This document shows, piece by piece, positions 55,913-64,000 of a DNA stretch of 64,000 bases. The notes beneath the pieces are model-generated. The model saw only the letters and a program-made list of their open reading frames with translations, ran no database searches and was not told where the DNA came from. The position numbers were made by a program, and so were the translations under genes. Source of the DNA: Tubulanus polymorphus (Eukaryota > Animalia > Nemertea); the NCBI RefSeq assembly GCF_964204645.1, contig NC_134027.1, positions 4,620,485-4,684,484 of the forward strand, given 5' to 3'. Position 1 is the stretch's first letter. The number at the start of each line of letters is the position of its first letter.

Positions 55913-56469
55913 TTTCATTATAATAAATTTGATCGTATAAATTTAAATTCGAAGTGTGGGATTTCTGCATTTATGTGACGCCATCTATCCGTGTATTCGG
56001 GAAATAAATCACTCGCTACGCACTACCCGATACAAAAGCGCGGCTGCGTACCGGTTGCGTTTTCCTACCAGGAAAGCAACGGGACCCCGAGTTCAGAATC
56101 GAAAGTTCCAGCGGCGAGACTGAAGCAGCGGCAATAATTTACCGAATGATGCTTTTGTTTCATTGAATAACATGTTTATGACGAAATTGGAGGAAGCCTA
56201 AATTCATCGCGGGAACGTGCGCGTGAGTCACGGGCACTCGATTTTTGTAGGGGTGGGGGGTCCAAGGAAGTAACGGGGAACCATAATGATATGTTACTGT
56301 AAGGACGATTGCAAGCTGAAAGTGAACAATTGTTTTCTTTCTTATAAAAAGATAGAAATAAATTTAATTGATGTAACATTATGGGATTCGAATCCGTACG
56401 GCAATCTATGTGAAGAAAGGTACGACGCGTAGTCAGAAATAACGTTAACCCATCATCCATTCCTGCACG

Positions 56470-56640
56470 AGCCAATCACAGAACGTGAATATAGTTCCCG
56501 CCACAAACAAACCAATCAGATTACTTAAGTTTGGGCGTGGTCGATTCGTTGATTGGTTTATTCATGATGGCGCGAAAACAAAATCACCTTTTACCTATAA
56601 CCGCGCGATACACATTTCGATGTGGAGCAACCAGGAAGTG
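56470..56640 (+). promoter_or_regulatory. Putative TATA-less ALG12 promoter
   Basis: CCAAT at 56472 and 56512, ATTGG at 56552, GC box GGGCGTGG at 56533, E2F-like TTCCCGCC (56495) and TGGCGCGAAAA (56568), ETS-like CAGGAAGT (~56632). Confidence 0.55.
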
Positions 56641-56956
56641 ATTATTTTTGCCATTTTATGATTTTTCATGTTTTCTAACTAATTATATATGTTTTCTCAC
56701 AATTATAAAAACCGGAATGACTGATCTATAAATGTGTCGCTTTTCTTAAGTCCACTGTCATAATAATTACGAAGGATTGGGGATAAGATAAACCGGTATG
56801 TTTTATTTATTTCATTTGATTCTCCATCATGGACACTACACTACAGTCTACACCTTAACAGTTACACAGACATTACCTGATTACAGCTCGGCCCTAAAAA
56901 AAGATATCGTTAGATAGGTATTCATGATTTATTATTACAGGTGACTTTTCTCCAAC

Positions 56957-59450
56957 ATGGGAATAACTGGCTTATTGAAACTGTATTTAATTCTGGTGTC
57001 AGGCATACATATTTGGATATGTCCTTTCACGAAGGTTGAAGAAAGCTTCAATATGCAGGCCATACATGATATACTGTTTCATGGGGCTGATTTGGATAAG
57101 GTGAGTTCTGTGTATCGATGATTGAACCTTTTGTTTGTATTTATGTTGCAGCAAATAGTGAAGCCTTAAAATATTTATAGACTAGGCCTACTTGAAAATA
57201 TTTATTTATTTATTTCTTTCAGTACGACCATCATGATTTTCCCGGTGTTGTGCCCAGGACGTTTATTGGATCTTTATTCATCTCGGGCTGCTCTTTTCCC
57301 TTTGTTCAGTTCGCAAAGTTTATTGGATTGACAAAGTTTGACTGTCAATATCTGGGTAAGAATTCGATTAATATAATTTCACTCACATTTTGATGCTTTT
57401 ATACTTAATATTCAACAAATAGTAGAAATATTTTTTTTTGTTTTTTTTTCAGTTCGCGGAGTTTTGGCATCATTGGTTCTATTTGGTGTATTTCGTTTAC
57501 ATCGAAGTGTATGCAAGAATTTTTCAGCTAGTGTTGGAAAGTGGTTTCTCGTTATTACTGCGCATCAGTTTCACTTCATGTTTTACCTCTCAAGGCCGTT
57601 GCCGAACATCTTCGCTCTGATTCTTGGTAAAGTACCATCATTAAACTCCATTCTAAAGTCACGTCTTTCTACTAATATGACGTTATATTTCCATCATCGT
57701 TATTGCAGTTTTACTTGCTTTTGATTGGTGGCTTCAGTACAAACATGGTTTATTTATATGGAGTTCAGCATTTGCGATAGTGATTTTCCGTTCAGAACTG
57801 TGTATATTGATGGGATTGATTTTACTGATGGAACTTGTTACATGTAGGCTTTCATTCACTAAAGCCATACTTCACGCCATTCCAGCTGGTGTCATTGCTC
57901 TGGGTATGTACAAATACATGTAAACTATTTCTTATTTGGTATAGTTTTCTCAGTTTGGAAATGCAATCGAAATCTCTGAAATATCTTCCTGATACACAAA
58001 CTTTGAAGTTTATTCATTAGACTGATTTGATTGAAAGTTTTTACGGTTTCTGATATTGGTCCTTTTATTTCCAGCATTTACTATCCTGGTTGATTCCTGG
58101 TTCTGGAAGCGTTGGCTGTGGCCAGAGGGAGAAGTCCTGTATTACAACGTGATTTTAAACAAAAGCTCAGACTGGGGTGTATCCTTTTACAAAAATAATT
58201 AATTCTTTCCAAAAAGCTGCTGCAGAAATAACTACTTTGAAAAATCACTTCCAATTTAGTGATTCGGAAAATTGATAATCTGAATGCATTTAAACAAAAA
58301 GTCTGAAACATCGGCTTTTCCATAAACGGATGCTGTACAAATTTACGGATTATCATAATTATTATTGTTATTATCATAATGATTATTATTATAAATATTA
58401 CTACAAATCCTCATAGTGAAGTGAATGCTTAACATAATGACCAGACATTGCCATTCCTTTGGTACTTCTATTCAGCTATACCTAGAGCTCTGATTTTTAG
58501 TTCATTCCTGGTTCCTGTTGGCGCTTACTTAGATTCCCGATGTCGACAGTTAATCACACCTTCCATCGGATTTGTCTTACTTTATTCGTTTCTGCCTCAC
58601 AAAGAACTTAGATTCATCGTGTATGTCTTCCCCATATTGAATGTAGCAGTGGCCAGTGCCTGCACTCGACTGTAAGTTCAGAATTTTCATTTGATATCGG
58701 TAAAAAATAAGTCACGTTATACGAGATGCTGGATCATTTCTCATACTTGTCATGATTATTCTTATTTTACAGGTACCTTAATCGACGCAAGTCATTAATT
58801 CATTCGTTGATGGCACTGGGATCTTGTTCTCATGTCATTTTCAACTCGTTTGCTGTAGGAATCTTTATTTTTGTATCTCACTATAACTACCCGGGCGGAG
58901 AGGCACTTGTACGCTTACAAAAACTTGAACCTACTGATCTACGTAAGAGTCCAATCAGAAATAACCTTTCCATTCATTTGGTCTTCATTTCTTTCATTGT
59001 TTGTTTATCTATTTTAGGTGTCAATGTTCACATAGACAATTTTGCAGCTCAGACCGGAATAACAAGATTTACTCAATACAATCAAAACTGGATGTAAGTA
59101 GTGATTGATTCACCTTAAAACGTTCTTTAGTCAAATAAAACCACATGAGATATTTATTTTTCCATTTCATGTTCTTCATCTAATATGATTACAGTTTTGA
59201 TAAGACTGAAGGTTTGAAACCAGGAGGAGCGGACATGATGAAATTTACACATCTCATTGTTGGAATTACAAGTTCCAATGGACATAAAGAACTTCAGCCA
59301 TATAGAATAACGCATAAAGTTCTCGGAACTGTAAACGCATTTCACAAAATTCAACCCATTTGGAATGGAAGTACTTTCGGAGTGATGCCTTTTAAAGTGT
59401 TGTTGCAGTCTAAAGTCTATATATTGAAGAAGAAAATTAAAACTGTTTAA
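56957..59450 (+). CDS. ALG12: Dol-P-Man:Man7GlcNAc2-PP-Dol alpha-1,6-mannosyltransferase, ~492 aa, 9 coding exons
   Basis: Exons 56957-57100, 57223-57355, 57453-57626, 57709-57903, 58075-58178, 58445-58671, 58773-58942, 59018-59093, 59195-59450 total 1479 nt. Motifs [81 protein letters not shown]. Confidence 0.96.
58179..58444 (+). other. U12-type (minor spliceosome) GT-AG intron of ALG12
   Basis: 5' splice site GTATCCTTT (58179-58187). Branch point TGCTTAAC (58426-58433) 11 nt before the 3' end. No polypyrimidine tract. Confidence 0.88.
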
Positions 59451-60207
59451 GTCGATTGTTCATCAAGAGATATTGAAATGAAATGAGCTCTATGATGAAA
59501 GAGAGCAGATATGTACTTGTTATATTTTACATCGATGTTATCATTTTGAATAACCATAACCTCTAGTCATATTTTGAGCTCAATAGTATTTGTTTAATGT
59601 TGTTTATACCCGTCTTCCTTCACTGGTTCTCTTCCAAGTTCATCTTCAACATTGAGTCTTCAATTTGTGGTGTGAAACTGGTCTCTTGATAGACTTCATT
59701 GATTAATTAATTGAATTAGATCTCTGTAAGTATGTAACCTAATGATTACATGTATTAATGTTGTCCAAATCATGTATTCACTCATTATATCATCTATAGC
59801 TGTGGTCTGAATATTTGGCCATGCTTTACCCTATGGTCCAAATTCCCATTGTGCGAGATATTATCCCAAATGAATAGCACTATATGTAGTCGTTGTTAGT
59901 TTTATATTGTAATCTGGTACAACGATTTATACAGCATAGTTACATTGTCAGTAATTCTTGAAGTAAATAAACGTAAGTAGAAATTGATAGTCAGTATTGA
60001 TTCTCTGTTCTAAGCTTCTCGAAAGGAATTCGATGGTAGGAGATGATCTAATTATGATGTTCGTCTCCGATTCGGGAATTGTAATAAATGGTTAGATATA
60101 TTGACTGCGAATGAAATTTCCGTGTTCTTCCATTTGAACGCCATCGTCTCGAAAGCGTTCGTAATAAGGTACAAAAAGAAGAATTGAAAATGAATATAGT
60201 ATATTCG

Positions 60208-63200
60208 TTAAAGACATTTCGTACATAAAGCGGATTGGTATTTGATGAAATCGCGGCATGGGCAGATTCTATTGTATGGGTACCGACCCTGGGAACAACT
60301 ATACAACAAACGTTCGTTTTGAAAGGAGCACTCCTTTCCTCCTTGGACGGTAGCTGGATATATCACATCTTCCTTGAACGCAGATGAGTCACATGATATG
60401 TTGGATCTGAAAAGAAAAATGTAGTCATACAAAAATGTATCCAAGGTCTTCAACTCGGATGCTGTAACCATTGTGGATGTCGTTCAAATATCGTACCTAT
60501 GCATCGAGTGAATGTTGTTTATGAATGGAAAGAACACCTGCTCGCACACGAGATCTGAAATTAAAGTTACTAATACAAAAAAACGCTCAAAATGTGTGTA
60601 ATTGTAATCATAATGCAAAGAGGCAAACTGCATCTTCATGTGCAGTTTTTGAGAAATATATTTGGCAAATATACACGAGAGAACATTTTGTAATTGCGGA
60701 GAAAACAGTCTGCTGGCAATTTCAAGTTGATATTACCACCAGATGGCGAATGAGAGCACAAGCGAGCGTATTAAGAGACGGGTATATATTTTTCGACGCT
60801 AATCTTGTATAATTGCTTTTGAAGAGAACATAAATTATAATCGTTATTATCAATATCATCATTAAAGTAATCATAGACTAATAAAGATGAAAAGACTCGT
60901 GTAATAAAGCCCATATGACTGTATACTGCTACCTTTTTTAAGACACGCTTGATTACACGATGCGCCAGTTGCACCCACCACCAAAACCATCGATGATACA
61001 GGTGGCCATATTGTCGAAGAATTCCTGTCTTTACAAAAATCCTGTTTCGTCGTGTACACATGCAGGCGTTCCATAAACCCATAGGCGGTGAATTCGTACG
61101 GAATGAACGGTTTAGTTTCGGCCTGTAGAAAAATAACTCAGTCCTTATCACTGGGTTCGTTCCGATTCACATTTCCTTTCAATATTGGTTTTCAAATAGG
61201 CGTACTTACAGTTTCATATATGATACGCCTCACGAGATCTGTAACAGCGGCAGTGTCCACGATGTTTATTGTATAAGCGTGTGGAGGTCCAACATAATCC
61301 TCCAAATATGGCACTTGGCTATTTACCTGAACATTTCGAGAGGAAAAAATCAGAAAATGTCATTTGAGTTTTGAGTGAATTAGTACTGTCAATTTTTTCG
61401 GACCTCACGAGTGGTTGGTTTCCCGGAATCTTTGATGCCATTTTCCAAACGTGGATTTAGGAACACGCACCCTGATGCTATCGCTTCAAGCGCCCCGGAA
61501 CTTTCGAGAGGTTGTCCCGTACCGATACATATCTAAACAAGAGTTGGTAGAAAATTAAACAGTATTCATTTGAGACAATCTTTAACCATGTTATTGGCTT
61601 ATAAAGGAAAATAACAAAAAACACCCGATCAATGAATACTCTTCTTGTTTCACTGAGAAATCTTACTTTGGCTCTCTTTACCAAACTATGGTATTCTGAA
61701 TGACTGACGACACCGTGATTTATTATCTTTTTGTTGTTCAGTGATTTCACCGATAGAGTGGCATGTACCGGCAAAATAGATTGGATAGCTTCTATATATT
61801 TCTCCTTACCCTGAATAAATAAGATTTTTTAATTGAATTATACGGGTACACAACAGAAGCACGGTAACATCAGCGTTTCATTAGCGTTTCTTTTGTGCGA
61901 TTGAAACATCTGTCCATGGATTTATAATGATAGATATCATACGTTCCTGAATCGTCATGTTATACTCTGATTACAGATGCCATGCCATCGAAGTTTGTAC
62001 GATGATCTCTTCTTAGTAAATTCAAACTAACCTCTAGGTAGCGTAACGACTTTCCATAAATTAGAGCAAAGTTTTCTTTCTTTGAGTATTTGTGACTTTT
62101 CAAACGAGAAGGCACTACGAATCCCATAAATGAGTTATCTGGCGTATGAGCTGCATATAGAAGATTTGCATACAAATATCAAAAGCACAACCTGTCAACA
62201 AGCACCCATTAATTTTCCTGATATTATTCGATTGATTTTTTTCATCGTCCGATTTGACTGCTGTAGGAACGGGTAGAGGAAAAACGCTTAATTTCTCTTT
62301 CAATAAACTGCTTTGCTCACGATTGTGCTGGGTCGATATGCATTTAATTTGAGAATGTAATCAGCAGATGAAAATTATCGATGACTGAATTACGGAATGG
62401 CCCGTTCGCTGAAAGTGTATAGATTTGCATGCTACTGATGGAAAGTGTAGTAGATTTTCACGCATTTTGATAAAAATCACTCGCATTGCCTTATACACGC
62501 AGGTGTCTATAAAAACTGAATCCTATGTAAACCAGCAATACAAAAATACATGTTAATATATGTTAAATTTGTTAGCTCCCTGGTATATACAGAATACATA
62601 TATTTTTTTATATCTATGTTAAGTTTGCCCTAATCATCTGTGCACAATGCAGTGATCCGGGAATAATAAATTAATAATAAATTTATTTCCACAATAAAAT
62701 TACAACAGGTCATAAAGAGATATACAAATATGAAATGTTTTAATATAATGTGGAGGAGATTAGATGAAGCCAATGAAGGCTTATAAAATCTCTAATCCCC
62801 TAGCATACACCGATTCACTCAACTCATACACACATGCAGTCATACACCTTCACCCAACATGCACCCACACACGTAGTCACTCAGGCGGTCAATCACACTA
62901 TCTTTCATTCACTCTTACAATCTGGTAATAGATGGCAGATACAGACAGATTAATTACAAATTCATTAGATACAATTTAAGTTTTCTTTTGAAAGTATCTA
63001 TACACGACAGAATCTCTTAAACCCCATTCTTTATAGCAGTTCATTTCTTTTAAAATTGTTACGAAAATCAAAACATTATATATATTTGTATACTAACGGA
63101 AATACGTGAAGAATTGCTTCAAGTGGAGTCCTAGACCTCCGTACGTTGAGCGGTATTTCATCGCTGCCGGATGTCGAGGGTTTGGATAGTTAAACATAGC

Positions 63201-63891
63201 TTCCGTTCCATATGCATCTAGCAATCTTAGACGACACCTTTAAAAAACAAAATCACCGCTGACCACGTTCCTAGAACTCATATAGCGCTAGTACCGATAA
63301 ACTTTGTCAATCATTGGTGGTTGATTGGGTCGACGATTGATCTCCTTTTATCGGCATTGAGTACGAGAGATGGATTAGAGAATACCCGTGTGATACAAGC
63401 CACGCAGAGACGCATCAAAGAGAATCCATAATTGACTCACTTGTATTTTTTGAAGACACTTTTACTGAGTTGCTTTGCTCCAATGATATCTGTATATATC
63501 AAATCAAACCCACCATACTGACATCCAGGTTGGGTTAGTGTTAACCTTGAAAATAAAAATGATAAGGTCGCCCGTAATCCAGTCAGGTAGGTGGTGTGAA
63601 TAAGAGATAAATACTGCTAAAACAAAAATGAATTAGGCAGCGCTTCTTTTTCTCTAATATTTTTTCCAATAATTTCGCTTACGTATGTTTTTGTATATAT
63701 ATAATAGCGATTTCTTTTTACCTTGCCGATGTTTTCTTAAAATCATGCCGTAGGACGACATTATGACCTAGAGCGTGTAGGGCTGCTATGACGTCAGCCC
63801 ACTGGACAAGGTCACCGAGGGGTCCACCTGTACGTATTACCCCCGGTTGAGCCATATTCGTTAACGTGACCACTCCGGGTATAACTAATAT
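60208..63891 (-). CDS. MGAT5: MGAT5-like alpha-1,6-mannosylglycoprotein 6-beta-GlcNAc-transferase (GT18), 3' part only; 5' exons lie beyond the window
   Basis: Exons 63891-63722, 63545-63441, 63237-63098, 62150-62032, 61810-61667, 61532-61404, 61326-61210, 61122-60933, 60554-60497, 60406-60208 are phase-compatible. Motifs GGPLGDLVQWAD, DLIYTDIIG, CRLRLLDAYGTE, FPHTPDNSFMGF, LEAIASGCVFLNP, KPTTRE, PYEFT, RICPCRDF. Confidence 0.9.
62805..62900. repeat. Degenerate CA-rich low-complexity tract in an MGAT5 intron
   Basis: catacac/cactca/cacacac motifs. Confidence 0.5.
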
Positions 63892-64000
63892 CTGTGAAAA
63901 AATGATACCCATTGATCATTTGCAGTGACAACTTAATAAAAAGATGAATCCAGTGCGTATTATATGATAGTACACAGATGCAAGGCATTATGTATGGATA

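Noticed and set aside
56370-56470. tRNA-like GGATTCGAATCCC on the minus strand; similar isolated B-box at ~46810-46830
   Set aside because: No cloverleaf or acceptor stem and no convincing A-box, so not called as tRNA.
1-64000. CRISPR arrays, rRNA, prokaryotic operons and the remaining short ORFs in the track
   Set aside because: The DNA is eukaryotic with spliced genes and has no repeat-spacer array. The other 60-120 aa ORFs mostly use non-ATG starts, lack motifs, or are antisense shadows.

Overview
AT-rich (roughly 36% GC, estimated by eye) eukaryotic genomic DNA from an invertebrate animal; the Snail sequence and repeat types suggest a lophotrochozoan, which is an inference. The right end holds three spliced genes: a two-exon Snail-family zinc-finger repressor (- strand, 52428-54674), a nine-exon ALG12 mannosyltransferase (+ strand, with one U12-type intron) and the 3' ten exons of a divergent MGAT5/GT18 glycosyltransferase (- strand, running off the window). 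The ~52 kb 3' of snail has no recognisable host gene and is visibly rich in Snail-type CAGGTG E-boxes. It carries an apparently intact two-gene PIF/Harbinger transposon (perfect 29-bp TIRs, TAG TSD) with two nested non-autonomous elements, a 1.77-kb foldback element, a Penelope-type hammerhead-ribozyme foldback and decayed LINE/SINE relics. A second hammerhead copy and a candidate structured RNA lie between snail and ALG12. All exon models and motif counts were derived by hand; no database search was run.
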